64,000 nt of DNA from Chlorokybus atmophyticus (lineage: Eukaryota > Plantae > Mesostigma and Chlorokybus algae). Under the pieces are notes generated by a model. That model was not told the DNA's origin. It did not search any database and saw only the letters and a program-made list of their open reading frames with translations. Shown here one piece after another: positions 44,731 through 56,311 of the stretch. The position numbers were made by a program, and so were the translations under genes. How positions within the stretch are numbered: position 1 is the first letter of the stretch; every line of letters starts with the position of its first letter. The stretch lies in assembly GCA_009103225.1 (NCBI GenBank), contig RHPI01003389.1, positions 911,162 through 975,161 on the forward strand, in the 5' to 3' direction.

Positions 44731-46457
44731 CGTCACCACTTTGAGGGTGCATTGAATTCGTACGGATAACGGCATTACATTACATTCATACGTGCAATTA
44801 AATTAATAGCATTCAATATTGAATACATATAAGATTTAATTTAATTGACATTGATGACACGCATGCAATGTGATGTTCATTGGGTATCATACTAACAACA
44901 TGGTATCACAGCCACATGCATTGATGTTGTGCGCATGCGTTTCATATCAATATTAACAGCAGCAATTGATATTACATGATGATATGTATGCTGATTGATC
45001 CCGATTCATCGAAAACATGGTATTATTTGCATACATATTCAACATACATTATTGTGGCATGGATTCAACATAAGGCCATTGCTTAACAAAACCAGTTTAA
45101 AGACTATTGTCCACATGTTAGTCAATACCACCATAGTATCATGTACATAATATGTGCGTGTATGTGTGTGTTTATGTATATACTTTGATATCTTTATAAC
45201 ATCCTTAGAAATGTACCGTTCTTGTGCTTACCAATACCCTTATCATACCTATGCGTTGCGTATATTATGCAAAAGGTATACATATAGTTATGTTCAAATT
45301 ACATATCCACATACACATCTTATATACACATATATATACATCATTATTGATTAATCGCATACGTTAATGTACGGAAGGATGGCTTGAACTCGTTGGGTCG
45401 AAGCTTCAAACGATCGTTGGGAAGTCCGTTACTCGTGACCGTTAAATTCAATCATTCAACGGCTCGCAGCTGTCGGCTTTTGAAATTACCTAGGGTTGTG
45501 AATTGCGCAGGGCATCGCGGCGGTGATGCAGGCGGTGGCGGTGGTAGTGGCGGCGGCGGGGGCGGCGGGCGGCGGGCGCTGGCGGCTGCATTGGGCGCTG
45601 GTGCTGGCGGGTGGCAGCGACGTCGGCTGCGCACGAGGCGCTGGCGGCTGGTGGCGTGTGTACAGGAAATCGAAGGTGTTAATGTGTGTGTGCTAGTGTG
45701 GCTGGTAGGGTGGCTGTTAGTAGTTGTCTGCTTGGTTAGCTTCTACAAGAGCTTGATCAGTATAGTAGTAGTAGTAGTAGCTTGTAGGTTTTATGTGATA
45801 GCATTACGTACTGTATGTAATAATAACAACATTATTTTATTTATTTTTATTGCATTCCTACAAGTGCTGCTTGTGTGGTGGCCAAATCATTGTATGCTGC
45901 GCGAAATTGTTTGGATTGATTATAGCATGTGGTATCATACAAGTTGTACGGGAGCAATATTCATTAGCATATATTGATAGGGATTCTGGATAAGGATTGC
46001 TGTCGACCAACGGCGCATTGATTTTGTATGTATTCCACATTGATATCATATATATCAATATTGTTAAATGCTGTTAATATGACCGCATGAAATTGGTACA
46101 AACTTAATAATCGATTCAACATAAATGTCACATTGATTAACGCTAATCCTGTGTTGAATGAACGTACCCTTACGTTGGTGACGAGGGTCGTCACCCTTAT
46201 TGTTACGTTAATTAGAGTGAAGTAAATAGTCATAGACTATTAAATATAAACGATGATGTGATTGTTGAGTATGTAATATGATTTAATTGATATTGCTTTG
46301 CCATTCTTTATGATCATGACCGAAACATGTACATCAGTATTCATACATCCATTGTATGATGTGCCAGCATTGGCACACAATAGATGCACTCCTTATCGTT
46401 CATAACTCTCAACACTGGCACTTAATGTTTATGTGCCAACTCTTAAACGATGTGACG
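44731..46457. mobile_element. Possible old non-autonomous element: AT-rich arms, GC-rich core, weak CGTCAC...GTGACG ends
   Basis: Termini CGTCACCACTTTGAG and (reverse complement) CGTCACATCGTTTAAG. A (GGC)n core followed by (TAG)n and a T-rich tract, as in 41380-41750. No TSD found. Confidence 0.35.
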
Positions 46458-46839
46458 GTGCTCGTGCCTTGTCACCAATGAGTTGGTCCAATCAACAACC
46501 CTCTCACCAAGGCACGATATTCACAACGGAACCTTGCCCCCTCTGCCAAGCACACACGCGCGCCCCGCCACTCGCGTATGCACGCGCACGCGCTCGAAGC
46601 TACACACCGACTTGTGTAGCGCCTTGGATCGTCACACAAGCAAGCACACACCAGTGGACACACGCTAGCAACCCCTGCTAACCACCACTAGGCTTGCACA
46701 CAAGAATTTAGGAAGCTAAAGGTTGTATGGCACATTGTAGAATGTCGCTTTTATACCTACCAGTCTGCACATGCTACTGTCTAGACGATTCCTGTACTAC
46801 ACAAAACTAGATGCTAAGATGGTATTGCAGAACCTTGTA

Positions 46840-47264
46840 CAGTCTAACCTCGATAAGTGCATACCATCAGGAACGGGCTTATGTATGCACTTATCGCGTT
46901 TATGCATCCTCGTTAAGTGCATAAATTATGCACCCGCTTTAAGTGCATATATTATGCACTTAGGCTTGGCATAAGTGCATAATCTATGCACTTATTGAGT
47001 AAACCTAATCCTGAGTTACGTTGTAACGTGTACGACCGTAACTATAATACACTATAATTATACTTTGTCTGTAACTTAAGCGTAATTTAGCTTAATAAGT
47101 GCATAGACACACCAAAGGTTAGGCATTTCAAGGTATGCACTTATTGATAAATGCATATGCTCTTAACGCACAGGTCCTCCCCCTGAAGACGTCGGTGATG
47201 GCCGAATTTATGCACTAAACGCGGATATGCACTAATCGAATATGCACTTATCGAGGATAGACTG
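46840..47264. mobile_element. Tc1/mariner-pogo-like MITE
   Basis: TA TSD. 24-bp TIRs CAGTCTAACCTCGATAAGTGCATA / TATGCACTTATCGAGGATAGACTG with one mismatch. Many internal TAAGTGCATA/TATGCACTTA repeats. Confidence 0.9.
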
Positions 47265-47582
47265 TAGTATACTTCTGTACCTTTCTTACGAACCAAAGAT
47301 CTCCTGGTAGGTGCTCATATGGTCAAGTTATATTATTTGGCGCCAGGCCCTTCCAACAATCTGGTCGAGCCCTTCTCGACTGGCCCTCCGTTTTCTGGCA
47401 CCTTCCGGACTGGTCTTGGGGCCCCTGTCGATGTCCGCGGCAGACTCGTAACTGGCCGATATCTACCATAAGTCATGAAAACGTGGTGCTCGATAAATGG
47501 GCCAAAAAAGGTCCTAAATTCATGAAACTTGGCCTCGCTTGTTACCCTCCTCCCCCCTAGGTGAGCTTCGTCCTCGAAGCTC

Positions 47583-50274
47583 TCAAGGATTCTTTGGTTG
47601 TTGTTGTAAGAACTGTTGCAGGGTATGTTGTGCATTTACCAAGTGCTCTTCCGGTTCCCAAGTGGCTTCATGCATCGGGTAGCCTTTCCACTTCACCAAC
47701 TATTTGCGCACGTTGCGCACCATCTTCTCACCCAATAGGTCCTCCACTTCGTATTTCACATAATCTTCCGTAGCAAACTCAGACGGTGGACGTAATGGTG
47801 GGTCTCCTCGATATAAATTCAGCAGGGATATGTGAAAGACAGAGTGGATGTGCATAGAGTCGGGCAATTGCAACTTGTACGCCACGTCCGAAATCACTTT
47901 GATAACTTGCAATGGCCCAAGCCAGCGCTTAATTAACTTGCGCACTCCAGCACGCACCTGTAAGTCCTTGCAGAAAGCAATACCATGTCGCCTTCTCGAA
48001 GTGTGACATGTCGACGATGCGCGTTTGCGTACTGTTTTTGCCTATTTGGTGCCACCAATAGCGCCTCTCTCGCTTGTTGATGTCCGCATACATTGTAAAA
48101 AAATCGCTTACTGCTTCCACATCAACGGCACTTTATCGCGGGGTCCACGCCGTCAGCGGTGTCAGCGGGTGTTGGCTGTAGTTCATGAGAAAGGGTGTGA
48201 CACCCGTGCTTGCATTGGTGTGGTTGTTGATGACAAATTCCACCACTTCCAGCAATTCCGCCTGATTGTCTTGCCGTGCATTCACGTAGCAGCGCAACAT
48301 AACTTCAATCACACGGTTGGCTCGCTCCATTTGGCCATCAGTTTGCGGGTGGAAAGCCTTGCTAAACTTTAAGGTAGTAGTATCCAGTGCACTATGCAGC
48401 GCCTCCCAAAACTTACTTGTGAAGCGAGGATCATGATCGCTCACAATACTTCGTGGTAGTCCCTGGGAACGAAAGACATGCTTCATGAACAAGCTTGCTG
48501 CCTCTGTGGCTGTGCAAGACTCACAACACGGTGCCAAGCATACCATTTTGCTGGTTTTGTCTACGAACACGAGTATTGCCTCGTACCCTTCTGTTGTCTT
48601 TAGCAGCCCCGGTATAAAGTCCATAGTAACTTGCTCCCGCTTGAACAATGGCACGGGAAGGAGGTTGTAGCAACCCACCTGGCTTGTGGTTGCTTGCTTT
48701 CACCCTTTGACATGTGTCGCGCAACGCCACATAGACGCGTACACCACGATGCATCTCCCGCCAGTAAAAGCGTTGTTTCAAGCTTGTCAACGTCCTCTCC
48801 ACTCCTTGGTGGCCAGCAATGGGTATGTCATAAGCTTGCTTTGAAAGTTGAATGCGCATATGTGCAACATTGGGGATGTACAAGCGGCCATGATGCCATA
48901 GTAGGCCGTCTTGCTTTGTCCAATGTCCACTTGTGTCCGTTGCTGTGCTCTCCATGTCTCGCAAGATTCTCCTACCTTCTGTGTCTTCGCAAAGCACTTG
49001 TCGATCTGGTCGGCCCACTCCGGTTGCACTTGAGCGAGTGCTTCAATCGCATTCAATCGGTTTAGCGCGTCGGCCACACTATTAGACGTATCGGGCTTGT
49101 ACTTGATCTCAAAATCAAAAAGTTGAAAGACTCTCCGACCACCGCGCTTGTCTCCGGCTCAGATGTGGTTGTGTCTGTAAGCACCTTAATGGGGAATGGT
49201 CCATCTCCAGCACGAACCTTTTGCCCTTAAAAAAGCATCGCCATTGCCACAGCGCCATCACTTGCGCCAATAGCTCCTTCTCGTGCACAGGGTAGTTCAG
49301 CTCTGCTCCACTCAATTTCTTGGTAAAAAACGCGAAGTTGAAGACCCATGCCTTGGTCTTGCTGTAACACAGCTCCCACAGCTGTGTCGGATGCGTCACA
49401 AGCTAAAATGAAGGGTTTGTCCATGTCGGGGTGAGCCAAGATGGGTGCCTCTGTCCACGCCTTCTTCAACGCAGCAAATGCGTGCTCTTCTTTTGTAGAC
49501 CAGCTCCAAAACTTCCCTTTCTTTAGTAGGGTGGTCAAAGGGGCCGCAATGCGTGAAAATCCCATGATAAACTTGCGATAGTACCCCGCAAGGCCCAAGA
49601 ACGACATTATCTCCTTCACGTTGGTCGGGGCAGACCATTCGTGCACCACTTGCACTTTGTTGGGTCGGGCTTGATCTCTTCGTGTGACACAATGTGACCC
49701 AGGTACTCCACCTCGCGTAGCAGAAACTTGCACTTCTGTAGCTGAGCATACAGCTCGTGCTCGCGTAAACGCTGCAACACACACCGTAGAAGACTCACAT
49801 GCTCGTCTTCGAGTACACAAGAGTGTCGTCGAGGTACACGAGGACTCCCTTACCTAGCAAGTCAGCAAAAACGCTGTTCATCAACGTCTGAAATGTCGCT
49901 GGCGCGCTCGTAAGCCCAATCGACATCACTAACCACTCATAATGTCCATAGCGTGTGTTGAACGCTGTCTTCTCCACGTCTTCAGGTGCGATGCGGATCT
50001 GATAATAACCTCCAGCAAGATCAAGTGTGGTAAAGTACTGCGCACCTTGTAGCTGCTCCAGCAACTCGTCAATACGCAGTAGTGGAAAGCAGTTCTTCTT
50101 TGTAATGGTGTTGAGCGCTCGGTAGTAGTCAATGCACATACGCAGGCTCCCGTTCTTCTTTCGCGCGAACAGTATAAGTGCACCATAAGGTGACTTACTT
50201 GGCCGGATGTAACCTCTCTTGAAAAGATCCGCTATCTGCTTCTTGGCCTCCTCCAGCTCCAGAGGTGACAACAT
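47583..50274 (-). pseudogene. Gypsy pol: RT - RNase H - integrase - chromodomain, frameshifted
   Basis: ORF fragments 49795-50274, 49616-49798, 49227-49820, 49115-49399, 48787-49077, 48521-49018, 48133-48678, 47929-48120 and 47700-47957 give consecutive pol motifs in different frames. Confidence 0.93.
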
Positions 50275-50299
50275 AATTCATATGATATATCATACAATT

Positions 50300-52034
50300 G
50301 CAATATTTTTCCCGTGCCGGCCGATTGAATATCGGCAACGGCCGTGCACCTGAGGATACTTATTTAGACTGTCATGGCTCAGTCCACCTGAAATCTCGAC
50401 ACATGTGCCTGAGTATAACGGCCGTTCCCGGCCGTTTACGCAAATGGACTGACTTGGACGGTCAGGTACCTGTCAGTTACATATCCGTTAGGCAAAAGGG
50501 ACTTAACCTAACCAACCGGTACCTGTTGGTTAGGTACAGTTAGTGTACCGATGACTGTACACTAACTCAGTATGACCAACAGGTACCTCATGGTACCTTT
50601 TCCCTATCGACCGTTATTGATAGGTACGTCTGAAGGTATCTATTACTACCGTTCAGGTCATGATTAGATACTCAAATGCATGACAAGCAAGACGGCAACT
50701 GAAATAAAAAACTATCATATATATTGCAAGTTATAAAAGTACTACAATGTATGTACAATCTGAACTACCTATTGTGAGCTCCTACTACTATTACTACTAC
50801 CCTAGTCCAAGGCCTTAAAAGAAACCGGCGCTCCTGCACCGCGCTCCACCTCCGCCGTCGCTCCTTATCCACCGCCGCTCCTGCAAAGGACAAAGCAATT
50901 ACTTAAGCGGCGTCAAAAGCAACATACACAACCTTCACACTCGCATGCTGTCGCTTACCATACCGCCGCCGCCGCCGCTGCCTTGCCTAGCTTGGCCTGG
51001 CCTGGCCTGGCTTGGCCTGGTCTGGCCTGGTTTGGCCTGGCTTGGCCTAGTTTGGTCTGGCCAGGGCCGCCCTGAGATAAGAACGGCAATTAGCTTGCAT
51101 GCGCATAATAACGTCAGCATACAAGCTTACTTCCTGTAGGCCGTCGCCGTCGCCGCCGCCGCCGCCCAGCGCTCACCTGTTCAACACTTCAAGCCCTTGG
51201 GCAGCCCAAGTCATTCAAACGCTCAACGGTACAATGGCATCGTCATACTATTCAGATGGTACAATTATGTCATTATAGCAATGGAAATTTTGTGCCATCA
51301 ATATGGTACGATAATTGCATTGTACTACCGTCCCGACTTATCGGCATTACTTGCCGACATATAGGCACGGGCGGTAACTTGCTAGCGTAAACCGTCGCAA
51401 TATGTTTTCCCTGCCGGCCGACTAAAAATTTGGCAACGGCCGTGCACCTGAGGATATTAATTTAGATTGTCGTGGCTCAGTCCACCTGTAATCTTAATAC
51501 AGGGACCTAATAGTAACTTCCGTTACTATCAGGCCCTTTTTGTTACAATCTAGTCTTTAACAGTTGACTATGCCTAATTAACAGGCGCCTGTCAGTTACC
51601 TATCAGGCCTTAGCAGGTGACTATGCCTACTTAACAGCGGAAAGGTCACTTGATAGGGACTAACAGTAACTGGTTTGCCATAGTAGGTAGGCCGCGCATA
51701 CTTTTTGATGGTCAGGGTACGACTGACGGTTGGCCGTCATTGTATGTGACCAAAATGTGACTTATTCGCTATACAGATAGGTCGCCATCGCGCAAACGGG
51801 ACGACCGACAATCGGCTGTCACCTTAAAGCGCGGTGTTGCCGTCACAGGCAGGCCGCCGTCGATTGTACCTATCGGCCGATCGCTTGCCGTTGGTATATG
51901 TTGCTTAGTAGTAACGACCGTCCAAAAAAGTCCCTTTATGGACCAATACGTTACGTCAGGTGGGATCAGGCAGGGTCAGGCACCCGTCAGTCCCTTAGTC
52001 CCTTGTCAGTGACCGTGTAAAATTTATGACGACG
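50300..52034 (-). mobile_element. Second non-autonomous CGTCGCAA-family element, with an extra internal right end at 51393
   Basis: Reverse-complement homology to 40603-42166. It sits between Gypsy codons ...KPPYRPL (52040) and LSPLELEE (50272), which are normally adjacent. Confidence 0.82.
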
Positions 52035-52401
52035 ATAAAGGCCTATAGGGTGGCTTGTGCACGCTTTTGATCAACTCCACACGGTGATCAACGCTCCGTG
52101 AGGGTGGCAGACCAGCTGGAAGTCCGTCCGCCGTGATATCTTAGTGTTCCTAAACAAGTTTGCGCACCTCGGGGTCCATCGTGGCTGTCTCGCTGCAGTC
52201 ACTCAGCTTCGGTGCTGACTTTGCTGTACTCTGACGCACCACACACAACCATGCAGCCTTCGCTTTTTGTGGGGATAGCAGCTTCCTCAATTGCACATAG
52301 GAGACTTGAGCAAAGAGCTACTTCCAACTGATTGCGCGTGCGGGGCCTTTCCGGTGCTTGTATCCCCTTGCAGGTGCTCAACACACGTGCGCATACTTGC
52401 C

Positions 52402-53257
52402 TTAGCGAAGTCGCACGCAGCTATGACAAAGCCCTTCTTGCTTTCCTCGCAAGTGGTTTTCCACTTCGATGGAGCACGCGTGTAGACCTAAAATGGACTC
52501 TTCATCGTTTCCGTTGATGGTGAGCACACGCTTCTTCCAATCGATAGATGGGTTATGTTGCCACAGCCACAGTAGTCCATAAATTTCATCAAACCGGTTC
52601 CGTAGGGTGATGCAGCAGAAACGCATATTCTCCTTCAACTTCCCCATGTGAACACACAACTCCTCGATTAAGAACGCAGCAACGGTACCTCCAGAGGGTG
52701 GTTCCCCATCAGCGAGTTTTACGTTTCCTCCTCGTAATGGTGAGAGCCAACCGTAGCGCCGTGCAACCTCCTCACTCATGAAGTTGCTATTTGCTCCACT
52801 ATCAACCATAAGGTTGCAACTCCCTCCATTGTCCTCGATCATCGCAAATGCGTGCTTGAAGCTTAACGTACTTTGTTGTCTCCTCGCTTGCATAACTTAC
52901 CACCATGGGCCTGTTCAAAGCCACCTCCATTTTCATTCTTCCTTGGTTGCGATGTCACAATCTTCATTTCTGCGTGAGGATCCCCCTCATCCCCAGCAGT
53001 AGCCTCCTTACCTACTGGGGGAGTCGTTTCCCTGATCCTCCACGCCATCTTCCTCCATTGCGTTGATGCGTCGTGCGCGATATGTGTTGCCAGCTGATGC
53101 AGACGTTTGCGTGCGCCGCTTCGAGCAATTGAACGCTAAATGTTCTATCAAACCGCACACGTAACACTTGCGCACGCTGCTACCTGCCTCACCACGTCCA
53201 CCGTGCTTCGCCACGCCGTTACGCGTGTATACGGCACCCACCTCCATTGGTGATGGT
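52402..53257 (-). pseudogene. Gypsy gag C-terminus (Zn knuckle) and aspartic protease
   Basis: PSPMEVGAV...CYVCGLIEHLAFNC (53008-53257); LMVDSGANSNFMS and YGLLWLWQHNPSIDW (52402-52893). Confidence 0.9.
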
Positions 53258-53442
53258 CGTCGCAATATGTTTTCCCTGCCGGCCGACAAAATATTGGCAA
53301 CGGCCGTGCACCTGAGGACACTAATCTAGACTGTCGTGGCTCAGTCCACCTATAATCTTAATACAGGGACCTAATAGTAACTTTCGTTACTATCAGGCCC
53401 TTTTTGTTACATTTTAGTCTTCAACGGTTGACTATGCCTAAT

Positions 53443-53718
53443 TAACAGGCGCCCGTTAATTACCTATCAGGCCTTTACAAGTGACTTTGTATAATTTACA
53501 GGCACCTGTTAATTACACATCATGCCTTACTAGGTGACTACAACTAATCAACAGGCACCTGTAAGTTATACATCAGGCCTTAACAGGTGACTACACCTAA
53601 TTAGCAGGCACTTGCAAATTACACATCAGTCTTACTTTTGTGACTCAGCCTATGTGACAGGCACCTGCAGGTTACACACCAGTCCAGCGCAGGCGACTAA
53701 GCCTAATTCACAAGCACC
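53443..53718. repeat. Subterminal tandem repeat, 53-bp period, about 5 units
   Basis: The CAGGC/CAAGC anchor recurs at 53446, 53499, 53552, 53605, 53658 and 53711. Consensus is approximately AACAGGCACCTGTTAATTACACATCAGGCCTTAACAGGTGACTACACCTAATT. About one unit also lies at 51580-51635. Confidence 0.92.
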
Positions 53719-54050
53719 AACTAGGTAATTATCGACAAAATAAGGCATTCTTTAACAACTGAAGGTGATTGATGCCTAACTGTCGTCATATGTATTTGCA
53801 TAGCTTGACTACACGCGACTGTCACTGACTGCTAGCATTGTTATGTGCCTGTGCTGTGTACATGTACCTGAAATGTGTACAATGTCTCTCAGTCACGTGC
53901 CAAGGCTTGTAGCTCGATTATGTGACTTGAATGCTGTTCTGTCGTATATCATAGGGATGCAAGTATTGACATGCATGGGCATAATGACGATCGAGTGAGC
54001 TGGTTTAAGATGCACAACACTCAGTCACAAGAGCCTTGTAGCTATGTACA

Positions 54051-55904
54051 CTACCAGCTAAACGGACTACCAACTGCGCTACAGCTCCTCTCCATCATCG
54101 CTTTGCTCGTCATCATGGAACAAAGCACCACGCGCGGGGCCTGTGGAGGAGACGCCGGAGCTTGCTCTTCCTCCTTAAACGGTTGTGCCAGCCAATTAAA
54201 TGCCGCTTCTGCCTCAGCGAGCGGGTCACGAGCTGCTGTCTCTTGCGGCCGGCGCCGATTGGGATCTTTCAGGTATTCAACACAAAATGCAGTGCGGCGT
54301 TTCACAAGGGTGAATGGCTGGAGGGCTGCGTACCGTTGCCTCATCTCCCGCTTCATTGACATGATTATGGTGTTGATTTCGCTGAGGTACTCTTCATGTG
54401 TGTCTATGCTGGCAGCTAGGAGAGGGTCTCCATCCTTGCCCTTTAAGATGCGCTCCACCTGCGTAGTTTACAGGCATGTCTTAGTGGCATCGAAAGCCAC
54501 TATTCACTGCAACGCGCCTGCAAGCCTGTAGTTTGGGGCTACAGCATTCCTGAATGCTAATGACGGTATTCAGAGTGCTCACCGTAAGCAACAGGTATGC
54601 AAGGTGGTTAACTGTCAGCTGCCGGCGACCAGGTGTAGTGACGGCGTAAGACCAGCATTGCACGATCATTTGCCAGATTATGGGATTGCCCCATGCATGG
54701 ATGTATCTCCTCCGCTCCGGGTCTGTAGTGTCGGTCACCTCAAATCTCCGCCATGACTTGCCTGCGACAGTCATACCAACAAGGCATTAGCCACGATATG
54801 GATAAATCAAGTTGAGCCTGCACCAGGCTAAAATAGTGCCATTGACTTACTTTGGAGCGCGTTGCGCATCTGGGCTTTTTGGGTCTCGAGGTCCATTAGG
54901 GCGTCGATGTGCCTGATTGAATCGGTTACAATAGGCGAGATGAGTACGTGTGTATGGAGGCTGAGTAAGAAGGCAGTCTTGCATAGCAGACATGGTGGTG
55001 AGGGACCCAACTGACTTGCGCTTGTTGCTGTTAAATAGTGTTCACTTGTGCTCCTTCTCGAGGACATGCTTGATGTTGGTGACGTTCTCAGACCGGACCT
55101 GCGTAGCTTTCTTCAAGGCGACACTCCAGTGGAAGGGGCACTTCTTGGGAGTCCAATACACCTCATAGAAGTTGGCCGCATCGGCCTCGTCGTCATGGTC
55201 GAAGCCAACTACCTATCACGGGCTGGTTGGTCAGTGTCACGGTGCAGTGCGGTCATGAAGCATTCACAGCACCTGACACATGATGTTACGAATAGTGTCC
55301 TTCTTGGGATAAACGTGGCTCTTTACCCAGTGGCCGTTTATGATTTCAACGACGGCATCTCGCAAATGCTGTCCACAGAAGAACAATCCGTTACACACAT
55401 ACACACAGTGTCACAGTGTCACACAGTGCTTACCTCGTTGCCAATCTTCCACTTGCTTGGGGAAGGGTTGCTGACGGCCGAGGTTGCCACGTCACGACCA
55501 AATGCGTTTGGGTTGGGGGTTTCAATCGACCCTCTGCAAGCACAACCACATGAGTCATGCTGCAAGCCATGAAAGATGCAACCCTCACAGTTGCACAAGA
55601 AGAACAATGTGCACAGTGTGTCCAGAACGCATGCAGTGAGTCACTGTGCTAGTCATGAAAGAAGCAAGCATCCAACTTATAAGTCGAGCAAGAAGCAACG
55701 TGCACAGTGCATCAAGAACGCATGCAGTCTAGCTTGCCCTTGCGACTGCGGTGTCAGGTGGAGTTGTTGTGATGTGCTGGGCGTTAGCGCGGGGTCTTGC
55801 TGCGATTGGTTGGCGACGGTTGCCTAGTTGAACACTGGGGGCAATGTGGACAACTGGCGCCGACCTCCACGACGAGGTGCACCTACGGATGGACCACGAG
55901 GCAT
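54051..55904 (-). pseudogene. Orphan multi-exon gene (~400 aa) with one in-frame TGA; unknown function, probably a TE accessory protein
   Basis: Exons join in frame: MPRGPS|ATVANQ...SQG|GSIETP...GNE|HLRDAVVEIINGHWVK...MCQ|VVGFDHDD...KKCPFHWSVALKK...EHK*TLFNSNKR|KHIDALM...|SKSWRRF...LLLT|VERILKG...FSW. Stop at 55042-55044. Confidence 0.6.
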
Positions 55905-56091
55905 CTCTTCAATTGATAGTCGGGTGCCGCCTGTTTAGTTGATAGTGGCGCTGCCGCCTCCAACGCTGCCGCCGCCGGTTGGCCCGCCCGAATCTACGAG
56001 GCGCGAAAACGAAAATAAAATAAGGCGGTTTTGAACGTCTAGAGTCCCGCACTAGAGTCGCACTTGTAGTGCGTTCTTGCTCCTATGGTTG

Positions 56092-56242
56092 ATGGTACGA
56101 ATTATGCATTCGTGCCATCCATGCTTCGTACAACCATTGGTAATCACGGTTGTGTCGTAACATTTATGGTACGACAGAGGCATCTCTTGTCCAACCCGAG
56201 CCATTGCCGTACAATGGCTCTGTCGTACCATCCATGGTACGA
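56092..56242. promoter_or_regulatory. Palindromic ATGGTACGA array in the divergent intergenic region of the cassette
   Basis: Exact copies at 56092, 56166 and 56234 (+) and 56223 (-). A TCGTACCAT-CC-ATGGTACGA palindrome and a 14-bp inverted repeat (56166-56179 / 56218-56231). The regulatory role is inferred from position. Confidence 0.6.
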
Positions 56243-56311
56243 AAGAGGCATTGCTCGATCAGCCCTAATGGGAGTTAGCGTGCACTTACCCAAACACGCT
56301 TCATTAAAGGC

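Larger units (their letters stand above)
47276..53257 (-). mobile_element. Decayed Ty3/Gypsy chromovirus, interrupted at 50300-52034 and cut in gag at 53258
   Basis: gag PSPMEVG and CCHC knuckle CYVCGLIEHLAFNC; protease VDSGANSNF; RT (YLDD); RNase H (DASD...ELLA); integrase (HDxPxAGH, VTMDF, IVSD-DPRF, TDGQ-ER); chromodomain LVKWKGYPMHEATWEP; PPT at ~47547-47560; probable 3' LTR at 47276-47546. Many frameshifts and stops. Confidence 0.93.

Noticed and set aside
53443-53718. CRISPR-like array
   Set aside because: Contiguous diverged tandem units with no unique spacers, eukaryotic context and no cas genes.
54051-55904. Calling the orphan gene a Mutator transposase
   Set aside because: Too short, no evident first Asp or N-terminal DNA-binding/SWIM domain, and Ala at the expected catalytic Glu. 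Kept only as a hypothesis.
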